DNA of 64,000 nt. Origin: Abditibacterium sp. Its GTDB lineage: Bacteria > Armatimonadota > Abditibacteriia > Abditibacteriales > Abditibacteriaceae. Below, piece by piece: positions 1 to 9,693 of this stretch. Position numbers and translations under genes: made by a program. The DNA is taken from contig CBDASK010000003.1 of NCBI GenBank assembly GCA_965199495.1, forward strand, positions 2,912,001-2,976,000. The letters are read 5' to 3'. Below the pieces are notes generated by a model. It was not told where the DNA came from. It did no database searches and was given only the letters and a program-made list of their open reading frames with translations. How positions within the stretch are numbered: the first letter of the stretch is position 1; each line of letters begins with the position of its first letter.

Positions 1-10
1 CTCGCGCGCC

Positions 11-2290
11 GTGAAAGTGTTGCTTTATCTGTGGATATTGGCGTGGGGTTTCGACCGCGCGATTTTCTGGGCGACCGAAGCCGCGTGGTTTGGTAGCGTC
101 GGGCAGGGCGCGTGGTTTGGCGCGCGATTTTGGACGCAGTTCGCGTTGTTCTGGGGCGCTTTTGCTTTCGCCCTCGTCACCGCCGCCTTAACGATGCGCA
201 TCGCCGCGCGGCCCGCGCCGGGCGCCGAATTGCGCACGTTGACCGGCGTTTTGGAAGGTCTCGAACCGTTGCGGCGCAACGCGACTCGGTTGGCGTGGCT
301 GGCGTTAATCGTGGGCGCGTGGATTTTGGCGCGCACGATGGCGGGCGGTTGGGCCACTGTGATGTTAGCGCGCGCGGGCGATGTAGCCGATCCGATTTAT
401 GGTTTGCCTTTGGCGCGTCTTATCGTCAACGGTTTGTGGGAGTGGAGTCTGTTTTTGTTGGGCGCGTTGGCCTTCGCGGGCGGACTACGCGCCCTCCCGA
501 TTTTGGCGCAACGCGAACCGGCGCCGCCACTGCGGTTGTGGCACGCGTTGGGCGCGCTGGGAGCCTTGGTTTTATTGATTCGCGCGGCGCTTTATGCGGT
601 TTCGGCGAGCGAGAATATTTGGAGCGATGGGACAACCGGAGCTGAACTGTTTGTCGGTTTGCCGGTCGCAATAATCAGCGTCGCTTTGTGTTTGATGGCG
701 GCGTTTTGGTGCCTGAAACGGCCCGGCTATCGCAAGCTCGGCCTCGCCGTGGCTGCTGCTTTGTTCGCACCGCATTTGCTGCGCGTTGTGCTGGCGCCGT
801 TGGGTTTAATTGTGCCAACGCCCGCCGCAGTTCAAGTGCGCAATCGAGCCAATACCATCGCGGCGTGGGATTTGGATGCGCCCGCGCTTGCCGCCAACGC
901 GCCGCCACTCGCGGTGCATTGGCCGATCTGGAACGAAGAGGCGTTGCTTGGGTTGACGCGCGGCGAAGTGCCGCGTAAAGCGGGCCAGATTATTGACTGG
1001 CGACGCGCAACGATTGGGCCGCGCGGGGCGATTGTCGCGGGCGTTCCGGCGGGCATCGATAACTTGGGTTCACCGCACGACGCCGACGCGCCAAATGGCC
1101 TCGAATGGCTGGCCTATGATGTTACTCAAAATGTGGAAGGGCGCGCGCCGGTTGTGCCCGATGCCGAGCTGCCTCTCAGTTCGTTTTACGGTTTGGGCGG
1201 GCGTCCACTTTTGGGCAACGCGGCTTTGGATGCGGGCGTGCCGTTCGAGTTTTGGGGCTGGAAATTCGCGTGGGCGTGGCGTCTGCGCGATCCGTTCCTG
1301 ATGCTCGAAGGCGCGCGCGCCAACCGGTTATTGGTATTTCGCGGCGCGCTCGAAAGCGCGCAGATGTTGGCGCCATTTTTGACGTGGGACGAAGCGCAAC
1401 TGCGCATGACGCCGCAAGGCCCGCGCTGGGAAATGATCGGTTATGCCGCAACGCCGTTCTATCGCGGCGCCTTAGCGGCGAGCGAAGGCGAATTCGCGGG
1501 CGATAACGCCGCGCAAGCTGTCACGCTACTGCAAATGAATCCGCGCGATGGCCGCGTCGAATTCGCCGCGTTACCGGGCGCGCGTTGGAGCGCGCCGTGG
1601 AGCCGAATTCTCGGCGGGAGCGCGGTGGAAAACGCGGTGATGCCAAGACCGCAAACTCCCTTATTGGAAAGCGCGCGCGCCGTTGTCGCGCGGCGTCTGG
1701 GGCGCAAAAACGTGTTGAACGAAATGGCTTGGACGTGGACAAACGGTCGTGCCGCGCGCGTGCAATACGCGTCCGATTTGCCCGTTGGCGTGAGCGAACG
1801 TTTGGCCGCTCTTGATGCTGCCGCCGTGCGCGATTGGCCCGCAAAAGAGAGCGCAAAACTGCAAAATGGCGACGCCGTTTTGTGGCCCGACACGCGCGCG
1901 CCGGGCGGTTTTTGGGTGGGCCGCGCCTACTACTCCGCAACAGCCACGGCGGGCGTGGCCAGCGAGGGCGGCATCGCGCACGACGACAAACTGTGGCACG
2001 TTAGCCTGACCGGTCTGGCGCCTTCGCCTCTCGCCAGCGCCGACAATGCCAGCGCCGCCCTCGTCGCCTTTGATTTGCTTAATGTGCCAACACTACTCGC
2101 GCCCACGCAAAACGCCATTCCCGGCGCGCCCATTGATGCCAGCGCGTTGGCGTTATGGGCTTTGCAAGCGCACGACGCCGCGCAAAAAGCGTTGGCGGCT
2201 TCTAAGTGGGACGAATGGGCTAAACAGTCGAAGTTGGAGCGCAAGTTATTGGAACAAGTCGCGGCAGAGTTGGCGGCGCGGCGCGGATAA
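11..2290 (+). CDS. UPF0182-like integral membrane protein (divergent)
   Basis: 759-aa ORF with multiple N-terminal TM helices. The 'APFLTWD...W...GY...PFY' segment and the C-terminal 'A..AHDAAQKAL...KW..WA' helix resemble UPF0182 proteins. Confidence 0.6.
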   Translation: MKVLLYLWILAWGFDRAIFWATEAAWFGSVGQGAWFGARFWTQFALFWGAFAFALVTAALTMRIAARPAPGAELRTLTGVLEGLEPLRRNATRLAWLALIVGAWILARTMAGGWATVMLARAGDVADPIYGLPLARLIVNGLWEWSLFLLGALAFAGGLRALPILAQREPAPPLRLWHALGALGALVLLIRAALYAVSASENIWSDGTTGAELFVGLPVAIISVALCLMAAFWCLKRPGYRKLGLAVAAALFAPHLLRVVLAPLGLIVPTPAAVQVRNRANTIAAWDLDAPALAANAPPLAVHWPIWNEEALLGLTRGEVPRKAGQIIDWRRATIGPRGAIVAGVPAGIDNLGSPHDADAPNGLEWLAYDVTQNVEGRAPVVPDAELPLSSFYGLGGRPLLGNAALDAGVPFEFWGWKFAWAWRLRDPFLMLEGARANRLLVFRGALESAQMLAPFLTWDEAQLRMTPQGPRWEMIGYAATPFYRGALAASEGEFAGDNAAQAVTLLQMNPRDGRVEFAALPGARWSAPWSRILGGSAVENAVMPRPQTPLLESARAVVARRLGRKNVLNEMAWTWTNGRAARVQYASDLPVGVSERLAALDAAAVRDWPAKESAKLQNGDAVLWPDTRAPGGFWVGRAYYSATATAGVASEGGIAHDDKLWHVSLTGLAPSPLASADNASAALVAFDLLNVPTLLAPTQNAIPGAPIDASALALWALQAHDAAQKALAASKWDEWAKQSKLERKLLEQVAAELAARRG

Positions 2291-2295
2291 ATTGT

Positions 2296-2499
2296 AGAGG
2301 AGTCACGCCGTTCGCTTTTTGTGTCCGCGAAGGCGGACAGTTGCGCACGGAGTGCGCTTCAAGGCCCACATTTTAATGTGGGCCTTGAAGAAAAGCGCGT
2401 ATCCCTTTTGTCCCCCGATTGAAATCGGGGTCTTTGATCTCGCTTCGCGCGCAACTGTCCGCCTTCGCGGACACAAAAAGCGAACGGCGTGACTCCTCT
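2296..2499. repeat. Nested palindromic element (family E), 51-bp perfect inverted repeats with internal hairpins
   Basis: 2296-2346 is the exact reverse complement of 2449-2499. Each arm carries the hairpin TGTCCGC-GAAG-GCGGACA. The spacer holds hairpins CTTCAAGGCCCACAT/ATGTGGGCCTTGAAG and CCCCGAT/ATCGGGG. Confidence 0.9.
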
Positions 2500-2552
2500 T
2501 GTATTGGCTGTTAAATTTAATTGTTTGATTCGTAATTCGGAGGAAATCTAAC

Positions 2553-2634
2553 ATCAGTGGAGCTGACGCACCCTTCCAATCTGTGCGCTTTCGATGAACT
2601 CCGCCGAATGGAAAGGTGCGTTCGCCCCACTGAT
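2553..2634. repeat. REPIN/MITE-like palindrome, family A (degenerate copy)
   Basis: Arms ATCAGTGGAGCTGACGCACCCTTCCAATC ... GAATGGAAAGGTGCGTTCGCCCCACTGAT; homologous to the copies at 29562 and 36307. Confidence 0.85.
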
Positions 2635-2710
2635 ATTGTGTGAGTGGATGCAACGGAACAAAACGCGTCCAAACCCGCGCGCTAAAACCTTTTATCCTGT
2701 ATGGCCAGTT

Positions 2711-3004
2711 ATGCGATTAACCAATTCCGAAGTCGAGCATATCGCGACGCTTTCGCGCCTCGAACTCAACGACGCCGAACGCGAGCGCGCCGCCAATGAA
2801 CTCAGCCAGATCATCGGCTATTTCGAGGCGCTGAGCGAACTCGATACCGAAAACGTCGAACCGACGATGCACGCTTTACCCATCGAAAACGTGCTGCGCG
2901 CCGACGAAGTGCGCCCCGGTTTATCGCGCGAAGCCGCGCTGCAAAATGCGCCCGAAAGCGCTGACGGAATGTTTCAGGTGCCGCGCGTCGTCGAAGCCGA
3001 GTGA
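2711..3004 (+). CDS. gatC: Asp/Glu-tRNA amidotransferase subunit C
   Basis: [19 protein letters not shown]...ENVLRADE...NAP...FQVPRV, directly upstream of gatA. Start moved to ATG 2711. Confidence 0.95.
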   Translation: MRLTNSEVEHIATLSRLELNDAERERAANELSQIIGYFEALSELDTENVEPTMHALPIENVLRADEVRPGLSREAALQNAPESADGMFQVPRVVEAE

Positions 3005-3123
3005 CAGAATACAGGAGACGGGAGACGAGGGAGACAGGAAATTGCGCGTGTATAAACTTCAGAATCACGCATGAACTCCTGTCTCCCTCGTCTCCCGTCT
3101 CCCGTCTCCCGTCTCCTGTTCCC
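3002..3123. repeat. Heptamer-repeat palindrome, family D (GGAGACG/CGTCTCC units)
   Basis: Purine-rich tandem ~7-mers (acaggagacgggagacgaggagacagg) followed by complementary ctcccgt tandem units, between gatC and gatA. Confidence 0.8.
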
Positions 3124-3129
3124 TTAAAA

Positions 3130-4590
3130 ATGATTACCGATCTTTCCGCCGCGCAAATCGCGGCTCAAATTCAATCCAAAGAACTCTCGTGTCGCGAAGT
3201 GACCGCCGCATTTTTGGCGCGCACCGAAGCGCTCGAACCCCAAGTCGGCGCTTTTGTCAGCGTATTGTCCGAAGACGCGCTGAAACGCGCCGTCGCGCTC
3301 GATATGCGTTTGGCGGCGGGCGAAGACATCGGGCCATTGGGCGGTGTGCCAATCGCGCTCAAAGATAATATGTGTGCCAACGGCACGCGCACGACCTGTT
3401 CTTCCAAGATGCTGGAAAACTTCGTGGCGCCTTACGATGCGCACGTCGTGGAAAAACTGCGCGACGCGGGCGCCGTCGTGCTGGCCAAAGCCAACATGGA
3501 CGAGTTCGCGATGGGCAGTTCGACCGAAAACTCGGCGTTTTTCCCGACGAAAAACCCGTGGGATTTGAGTCGCGTGCCCGGCGGCAGTTCGGGCGGTTCG
3601 ACGGCCAGCGTCGCCGCGCGCGAAGTGCCGATTTCGTTGGGCAGCGATACCGGTGGCTCGATTCGCCAGCCCGCCAGCTTTTGCGGTTGCGTCGGCATGA
3701 AACCGACTTACGGCTTGGTTTCGCGCTATGGCTTGGTTGCTTTTGCCAGTTCCCTCGATCAAATCGGCCCAATTTCTAACACGGTCGAGGACGCCGCGCT
3801 GTTGTTGCAAGCTATCGCCGGACACGATGCGCGCGATTCGACTTCGATTGACCGCGTCGTGCCCGATTATCGCGCCGCCCTGAGCGGAGATATTCGCGGA
3901 CTTCGCGTCGGCGTGCCCTCGGAATACTTCGGTCAGGGCGTGCAGCCGTATGTCGCCAATGCCGTTCACAAAGCAATTGACAAATTGAAAGAGTTGGGCG
4001 CCGAAATCGTCGAAGTTTCGATGCCGACGACCGAATACGGGTTGGCCTGTTATTACATCATCGCGCCCTGCGAAGCCTCGTCAAACTTGGCGCGCTACGA
4101 TGGCGTGAAATACGGTTTGCGCGTGGCTGAGGCGGGCGACGATGTCATCGCGATGACCAGCAAAAGTCGCGCTGCGGGTTTTGGCCACGAAGTCCAGCAT
4201 CGCATCATGATCGGCGCGCACGCTTTGTCGAGCGGGTTTTACGATGCCTATTATTCCAAAGCGCAAAAAGTGCGCACCCTGATTCGTCAAGATTTCGACG
4301 CGGCTTTTTCCAAATGCGACGTGTTAGCCACGCCCACGGCGCCCTCGGTCGCGTTCCCGTTGGGTGACAAAACCGACAATCCGATTGCGATGAAGTTGGC
4401 CGACGTTTGCACGATTCCCGTCAACATGGCCGGAATCCCGGCGCTGTCGTTGCCGTGCGGTTTTGAGAACGGCTTGCCCATCGGTTTGCAACTCATTGGC
4501 AAATTATTGGACGAAAGCACGCTATTGCGAACTGCGCACGCCTATGAACAGGCGACGGATTGGCACAAACAACGGCCTGTTTTGGATTAA
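3130..4590 (+). CDS. gatA: Asp/Glu-tRNA amidotransferase subunit A
   Basis: Amidase signature GGSSGGS...[17 protein letters not shown] and [13 protein letters not shown]. Start moved to ATG 3130. Confidence 0.97.
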   Translation: MITDLSAAQIAAQIQSKELSCREVTAAFLARTEALEPQVGAFVSVLSEDALKRAVALDMRLAAGEDIGPLGGVPIALKDNMCANGTRTTCSSKMLENFVAPYDAHVVEKLRDAGAVVLAKANMDEFAMGSSTENSAFFPTKNPWDLSRVPGGSSGGSTASVAAREVPISLGSDTGGSIRQPASFCGCVGMKPTYGLVSRYGLVAFASSLDQIGPISNTVEDAALLLQAIAGHDARDSTSIDRVVPDYRAALSGDIRGLRVGVPSEYFGQGVQPYVANAVHKAIDKLKELGAEIVEVSMPTTEYGLACYYIIAPCEASSNLARYDGVKYGLRVAEAGDDVIAMTSKSRAAGFGHEVQHRIMIGAHALSSGFYDAYYSKAQKVRTLIRQDFDAAFSKCDVLATPTAPSVAFPLGDKTDNPIAMKLADVCTIPVNMAGIPALSLPCGFENGLPIGLQLIGKLLDESTLLRTAHAYEQATDWHKQRPVLD

Positions 4591-4610
4591 TTCATCAATA
4601 ATTCACGCTC

Positions 4611-4943
4611 ATGCTTCCATCCTTTCCACTTCTCAGTGGCGCCGTGGCTGCTTTGTGCGTGGTCGCGATAATACCGTGGATTTTGGGCGTGCCCGGCGAT
4701 CCCGGCCCGCCGGGCCACGAAAGTAATTACGCGCGCGGCTGGAAAATGGGGCTGGGCGTTATCATTGTTTATCCGCTCGTGTGGGCGCTCGACTTCTTAC
4801 CCTATTTTATCTTTCGCGGCCTCGTCAGCCCGTCGGCGCAAGCGAGTTGGCAAAACATCAGTCAATGGATCGGCGCCATCGCGTTGGTTGCGGCGATACT
4901 TCGTTTGAGCTGGGCGTTTCGGGTTTTGAGCAAAGGCGCATGA
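4611..4943 (+). CDS. Small hypothetical membrane protein (3 TM)
   Basis: 110-aa ORF with three hydrophobic segments, filling the gap between gatA and gatB. Confidence 0.7.
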   Translation: MLPSFPLLSGAVAALCVVAIIPWILGVPGDPGPPGHESNYARGWKMGLGVIIVYPLVWALDFLPYFIFRGLVSPSAQASWQNISQWIGAIALVAAILRLSWAFRVLSKGA

Positions 4944-4987
4944 GAGTTGGCGGCGCCAAGCGTAAAATTAACCAGCTTTGTTAAAAT

Positions 4988-5022
4988 AAAAAGGCGTCTC
5001 CCGTTTTGGAAGACGCCTTTTT
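4988..5022. terminator. Intrinsic-terminator-like hairpin immediately upstream of gatB
   Basis: AAAAAGGCGTCT...AGACGCCTTTTT stem with A and T tails. Confidence 0.55.
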
Positions 5023-5029
5023 GCGCGCT

Positions 5030-6487
5030 ATGTCCCACCCCCAAACCAAATATGAAGTCGTCATCGGCATGGAAGTCCACGCCGAACTTTTGACGCAGTC
5101 CAAACAGTTCGTCGCCTCGCCTAACTTAGCTTTGGCGCCGCCCAATACTTTAGTTGATCCGGTCACTCTCGGCTTGCCGGGCGCGTTGCCCGTTCTCAAC
5201 CGCGCGGGCGTTGATTTATCTCTGCGCGCGACGTTGGCGCTCAACTGTGATATTTCGCGGCACTGCTTTTTCGAGCGCAAACACTATTTTTATCCCGATT
5301 TGCCCAAAGGTTATCAAATCACGCAAATGGCAAAACCACTGGGCGTCGGCGGCTATCTCGAAATCGAACTTCCCGACGGCACGCGCAAAAAAGTCGGCAT
5401 GCACGACGTTCACATCGAAGAAGACACCGGCAAATCGTCGCACGGCGAAAGCATCGGCGACCCCGATTCGTCGTTAATTGATTTGAATCGCGCCGGAATT
5501 CCCTTGCTTGAAATCGTCTCCGACCCCGATATGCGTTCGATTGAGGAAGCCGACGCTTACATGACGGCATTGCGCGAAATTTTGCTGTTCGCCGAAATTT
5601 CCGATTGCAAAATGGAGCAGGGCCGTTTGCGCTTCGAGGCCAGCGTCAGTCTGCGCGAATGGGGCGCCGAGCAATATGGCACGCGCGTCGAAGTCAAAAA
5701 CCTCAACTCGATGAAAGCCGTGCGCGACAGCTTGCGCGCCGAAATCGTGCGCCAGACCAAAGAGTTGGATAGGGGCAACGAAATCAAGCAGGAAACCATG
5801 TTGTGGGATGAAGCCACCGGCACCACGCAGTCCATGCGCAGCAAGGAACACGCGCACGATTATCGTTATATGCCCGAACCCGATTTGGCGCCGCTTCATA
5901 TTGACGACGCGTGGCTGGAGCGCGTCAAATCCGAAATGCCCGAACTGCCGCGCGAAAAACGCGCGCGCTTCACCGGCGATTTGGGACTTTCGGCTTACGA
6001 CGCCGAAGTTTTGACCGCCGCGCCCAATATCGCTCGTTATTATGAAGCGGTCTGCGAAGGCGCGTCTAATCCCAAGCAAATCGCCAACTGGGTTGCCAAC
6101 GAATTATTGGGACGTTTGAACGCGAGCGGAACTTCCCTTGACGAAGCGAAGGTTTCGCCCGCGCAATTGCGCGGCTTGGTCGCACTCATCGAAGACGGCA
6201 CGATTTCCGGCAAAATCGCCAAAGACGTGTTCGACGAAATGCTCGAATCCGGCGTAGACGCCGGTGCCATCGTCGAAGAAAAAGGCTTGAAACAGATGAG
6301 CGATAGCGGCGAACTTGAAGCGATTTGCCGGAGCGTCATCGAGAAATTGCCGAAAATCGTCGAGGATTATCGCGGTGGAAAACAGAAAGCGTTTGGCGCT
6401 CTGGTCGGCGGCGTGATGAAAGAAACGCGCGGCAAAGCCAACCCGGCGCTGGTCAACGAAATTTTGCTGAAAGTGCTGGGAGCGTAA
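5030..6487 (+). CDS. gatB: Asp/Glu-tRNA amidotransferase subunit B
   Basis: YEVVIGMEVHAEL, RKHYFYPDLPKGYQITQ, VEVKNLNS, DYRYMPEPDL, and a C-terminal YqeY-like domain. Start moved to ATG 5030. Confidence 0.97.
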   Translation: MSHPQTKYEVVIGMEVHAELLTQSKQFVASPNLALAPPNTLVDPVTLGLPGALPVLNRAGVDLSLRATLALNCDISRHCFFERKHYFYPDLPKGYQITQMAKPLGVGGYLEIELPDGTRKKVGMHDVHIEEDTGKSSHGESIGDPDSSLIDLNRAGIPLLEIVSDPDMRSIEEADAYMTALREILLFAEISDCKMEQGRLRFEASVSLREWGAEQYGTRVEVKNLNSMKAVRDSLRAEIVRQTKELDRGNEIKQETMLWDEATGTTQSMRSKEHAHDYRYMPEPDLAPLHIDDAWLERVKSEMPELPREKRARFTGDLGLSAYDAEVLTAAPNIARYYEAVCEGASNPKQIANWVANELLGRLNASGTSLDEAKVSPAQLRGLVALIEDGTISGKIAKDVFDEMLESGVDAGAIVEEKGLKQMSDSGELEAICRSVIEKLPKIVEDYRGGKQKAFGALVGGVMKETRGKANPALVNEILLKVLGA

Positions 6488-6590
6488 GTGACAGGAAACA
6501 AGGAGCAAGGGGACAAGGTCGCAAAGTCAGAGTCTACCGATAGTTTACGGATGCCTACTCTTGCCACTTGTCACTTGTCACTTGCTACTT
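6486..6590. repeat. Heptamer-repeat palindrome, family D (CACTTGT units)
   Basis: aagtgacaggaaacaaggagcaaggggacaagg ... cttgccacttgtcacttgtcacttgctactt. Confidence 0.7.
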
Positions 6591-6595
6591 AAACC

Positions 6596-7108
6596 ATGTT
6601 TATCATCACCGCCGTTGGCCCCGATCAACCCGGCATGGCGCACGCCCTCGCGCAGCGATTGTTCGATGCGCAGTGCAATCTCGAAGACACCACGATGACG
6701 CGCTTGTCCGGCCAGTTCGCCATGATTTTGGTCGTCGCACCGCCCGACGATTTGGAGTTGGAGGCGCTCGAAGACCAATTGCAATCGCTCCATGAATCGC
6801 ACGGCCTACTCATCGAAATCGCACCCGCCGATAGCGTGCCCTCAACCGAGGGGCCGCGCCATATTTTGACGGCTTATGGCCCAGAAACCAGCGGATTATT
6901 GGCGCGCGTGACGCAGGTTTTGGCCGAGCGCAACGTCAACGTGACCGATGTGCAAACGCGCATCGCTTCGGCGGGCATGGCTTATGTCATGCTGCTCGAA
7001 CTCGAACTGTCGCCCGAATTGCGCGCCGACGCGCTCGAAGATGAACTGCGCCATCGCGCGCCCGACTTGCAGATTTCGCTGCGCGAAATGGAATCGGAAA
7101 CAATGTGA
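6596..7108 (+). CDS. Double ACT-domain protein (GcvR-like)
   Basis: IITAVGPDQPG...CNLEDTTMTRLSGQFAMIL, plus a second ACT repeat (ILTAYGPETSGLLARVT...NVNVTDV). Confidence 0.85.
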   Translation: MFIITAVGPDQPGMAHALAQRLFDAQCNLEDTTMTRLSGQFAMILVVAPPDDLELEALEDQLQSLHESHGLLIEIAPADSVPSTEGPRHILTAYGPETSGLLARVTQVLAERNVNVTDVQTRIASAGMAYVMLLELELSPELRADALEDELRHRAPDLQISLREMESETM

Positions 7109-7111
7109 AAA

Positions 7112-7215
7112 AGGGGACAGGAGACGAGGGAGACAGAAAACCCTACGATTTCAGTATTTCATTCTCGCCCACGCATTCTCTGTCTCCTGTTTCCCTCGTC
7201 TCCTGTATTCTGACA
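7112..7215. repeat. Heptamer-repeat palindrome, family D (inverted relative to the 3002 copy)
   Basis: The reverse complement of its right arm (tgtcagaatacaggagacgaggg) matches the left arm at 3002 (tgacagaatacaggagacggg). Confidence 0.8.
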
Positions 7216-7216
7216 A

Positions 7217-7717
7217 ATGATTCGCCCGGTAATTCTCGTCCCCGACGCGCGGCTTTCGACGCCGTGCGACAGCGTGACGCGCTTCGATAGCGCGTTGCGC
7301 GCGCTGGCGCGCGACTTGGAAGACACCATGCGCGATGGGCCGGGCAGCGTCGGCGTGGCTGCTTGCCAGATCGGCGCAATGACGCGCGTTTGTGTGGTAG
7401 ATACGTCGGGCCATCGCAAGTTCGGCGCGCAAAGTCAGGGTTTTTTCGTCTTGGTCAATCCCGTAATTATCCAGCGCCAAGGCGAACGCGTCGGGCGCGA
7501 AGGTTGTATGTCGCTCCCCGATTTTACCGCCAACGTGCGCCGCGCCGAAATGGTCGTGGTGACTTATCACGATTTAGACGGCAACGCGCGCGAGATTACC
7601 TGTTATGATTTCGAGGCCGTCGCCATGCAACACGAAATCGATCATCTTGATGGCATCCTATTTTTGGATCGAGTGACGAATCTGCAAACCGACGTTTTTC
7701 CGCGCAAAAGCAAGTGA
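7217..7717 (+). CDS. def: Peptide deformylase
   Basis: Motifs VGVAACQ, EGCMS and QHEIDHLDG. Confidence 0.95.
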   Translation: MIRPVILVPDARLSTPCDSVTRFDSALRALARDLEDTMRDGPGSVGVAACQIGAMTRVCVVDTSGHRKFGAQSQGFFVLVNPVIIQRQGERVGREGCMSLPDFTANVRRAEMVVVTYHDLDGNAREITCYDFEAVAMQHEIDHLDGILFLDRVTNLQTDVFPRKSK

Positions 7718-7778
7718 CGACAAGAGAATCGTTAATTTTGCGTGACACCTTGTCAACTTTAGTGCGTCTCACTTTGCG

Positions 7779-9008
7779 ATGAAATCCACTCGCTTTTTGC
7801 TGGCGACACTCGCGCTTTCGGGCGCCCCGTTGTTGGCCCCCTCTTCCGTTCTGGCCGCGCCCGCCGCGCCCGTCGCCGCACCAGCCACGCCTGCCGCAAT
7901 GCCGATGGATGCGGGCGCCGTCGCGTTGCTCGATAAATCGGTCAAAGCCTACGCCGCGCTCGACAAATTGTCGCAAAAGTTTGTTATCACCGATAATATG
8001 GGCGGTGCCGCTCAACCCAAAAGTTCGGGCACTGGCCTGATACAAATTCAAAAGCCCGGCAACGCGCGCTTGGAAGTCAAAGTCGGAGACGACCAAATGG
8101 TTTTCGTGAGTGATGGCGCCACGATGATTACGCAGATGGCTCCGACTTCGTATCAAAAAGAGGAGATGACCGAAGATAATATCGTGAGCGTTATTAGCGG
8201 CATTCCCTCGGCGGCCAGTCTGCCTTTGGGCGCGATGTTGAGCGGCGAAAATCCGCTGAGTTCTCAAGGTGGCCCGCAGTGGGAAAATGTCAAGCAAGTT
8301 TCGCTCGAAGGTATGCCCGGCGTTTCGATGCAACTGCCGACGCAGACGGGCCGCAATCCCGTCGTTTTTCAAGTTTTTCTCGATCCGAAAACCAATTTGA
8401 TCGCGCGCGTCGAAGCATCTACGTCCATCGCCACGAAGCCGGGCGAAGCCGCCGTTCCGTATTCCAACGTCACCACGTTTACGACCGATAACAGCGCCAT
8501 CACGCCCGCGACGTTCCAATATACGCCGCCCGCCGGAGCCAAACTCCTCACCGAAGCCGACCTCCCCAAATCCTATGATCCAGCCTTGGTCGTGGGCGCC
8601 AAACCGTTCGCTTTAAACGGCAAAACGTTGGAAGGCAAACCGTTGTCGCTCGATAGTTACAAAGGCAAAGTCGTGTTGCTCGATTTCTGGGCGACGTGGT
8701 GCGGCCCCTGCGTCGGCGAACTGCCCAACGTGCAGACCAACTACAAAACCTATCATCCCCAAGGCTTCGACATCGTCGCGGTTTCTCTGGACGAAGACAA
8801 AGACGCGTTGACCAGTTTTATCAAAGCCAAAGCGATGCCGTGGCCGCAAATTTTTGATGGCAAAGGCTGGGAAGCGGGCGACGCCAAAGCCTACGGCGTG
8901 CAGGCGATTCCGTTCTCGCTGCTCATCGGCAAAGACGGCAAAATCGCGGCAGTCAACCCGCGCGGCCCGGCGCTCGAACCCGCCATCAAAGCCGCGTTAG
9001 CTAAATAA
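7779..9008 (+). CDS. Secreted LolA-like (DUF2092-like) domain + TlpA thioredoxin-like protein
   Basis: Signal peptide, 'IQKPGNARLE...VSDG' LolA-like beta fold, C-terminal KVVLLDFWATWCGPC. Confidence 0.85.
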   Translation: MKSTRFLLATLALSGAPLLAPSSVLAAPAAPVAAPATPAAMPMDAGAVALLDKSVKAYAALDKLSQKFVITDNMGGAAQPKSSGTGLIQIQKPGNARLEVKVGDDQMVFVSDGATMITQMAPTSYQKEEMTEDNIVSVISGIPSAASLPLGAMLSGENPLSSQGGPQWENVKQVSLEGMPGVSMQLPTQTGRNPVVFQVFLDPKTNLIARVEASTSIATKPGEAAVPYSNVTTFTTDNSAITPATFQYTPPAGAKLLTEADLPKSYDPALVVGAKPFALNGKTLEGKPLSLDSYKGKVVLLDFWATWCGPCVGELPNVQTNYKTYHPQGFDIVAVSLDEDKDALTSFIKAKAMPWPQIFDGKGWEAGDAKAYGVQAIPFSLLIGKDGKIAAVNPRGPALEPAIKAALAK

Positions 9009-9024
9009 ATTACGCCGACAAACC

Positions 9025-9068
9025 AACGCCCGCGCCCGATGATTTTCGGCGCGGGCGTTTTTATTTTT
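9025..9068 (+). terminator. Rho-independent terminator
   Basis: AACGCCCGCGCC..GGCGCGGGCGTT stem followed by a T tract. Confidence 0.8.
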
Positions 9069-9103
9069 AGCGGTCTGAGTTAAAATTAAAACGAGTTCTC
9101 ATC

Positions 9104-9646
9104 ATGAAAATTTCCCTCTTCAAGCCCGTCGCTCTGACTTTGCTGTTGTGCGCCGGCACTTCCGTGTGCGCGCCCGTTCTTGCCCCTCCGGCCCACGCCG
9201 CCGATGCCGCCGATATTTACTGGGACGCGAGCTTGGTCGCTGGCGTCAAGCCGCCCGCCTTGAGCGAGCAGACGCTCGAAGGCAAAGCGCTTTCGTTGGA
9301 TGATTACAAAGGCAAAGTCGTGTTGCTCGATTTCTGGGCGACATGGTGTCCGCCGTGTCGCGCCGCGATTCCCAACGTAAAAGCTAATTACGCCAAGTAT
9401 CACGGCCAAGGTTTTGAAGTCGTCGGCGTGTCGCTCGACCGGGGCGATGCCGAACTGCGCAAATATATCGCGGATAACCAAATGCCGTGGCCGCAGTTGT
9501 TCGACGCCAAACATCCCGACGCCAAAACCTATGGCGTGCAGGCGATTCCGTTCTCGTTGCTCATCGGCAAAGATGGCACAATCGCGGCGGTCAACCCCGA
9601 AGGCGCAGAATTGGAACCCGCCATCAAAGCCGCGCTGGCTAAGTAG
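9104..9646 (+). CDS. Secreted TlpA family disulfide reductase
   Basis: Signal peptide plus DFWATWCPPC. Confidence 0.9.
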   Translation: MKISLFKPVALTLLLCAGTSVCAPVLAPPAHAADAADIYWDASLVAGVKPPALSEQTLEGKALSLDDYKGKVVLLDFWATWCPPCRAAIPNVKANYAKYHGQGFEVVGVSLDRGDAELRKYIADNQMPWPQLFDAKHPDAKTYGVQAIPFSLLIGKDGTIAAVNPEGAELEPAIKAALAK

Positions 9647-9693
9647 TTTTGTTGGCTAATCGCCAAGGCGTCCTCACTCACTTTTAATTTTTA

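Noticed and set aside
2303..2653. Small ORFs over palindromic elements (2303-2653, 7105-7290, 26751-26951, 38053-38277, 48075-48323, 52331-52876)
   Set aside because: These are translations of the repeat arms (e.g. SVPLCVFSVSSVA, SPLGGGDAEGRGG) with no coding context.
2500..2710. T-box or other riboswitch upstream of gatCAB
   Set aside because: No T-box consensus (UGGNACC) or antiterminator was found; the region is occupied by a family A palindrome.
3001..3129. N-terminal extensions in the ORF track for gatA, gatC, trpA, cobB, the phosphatase, SRPBCC and DUF2201 genes
   Set aside because: The extensions run through intergenic repeats; family homology starts at downstream ATGs.
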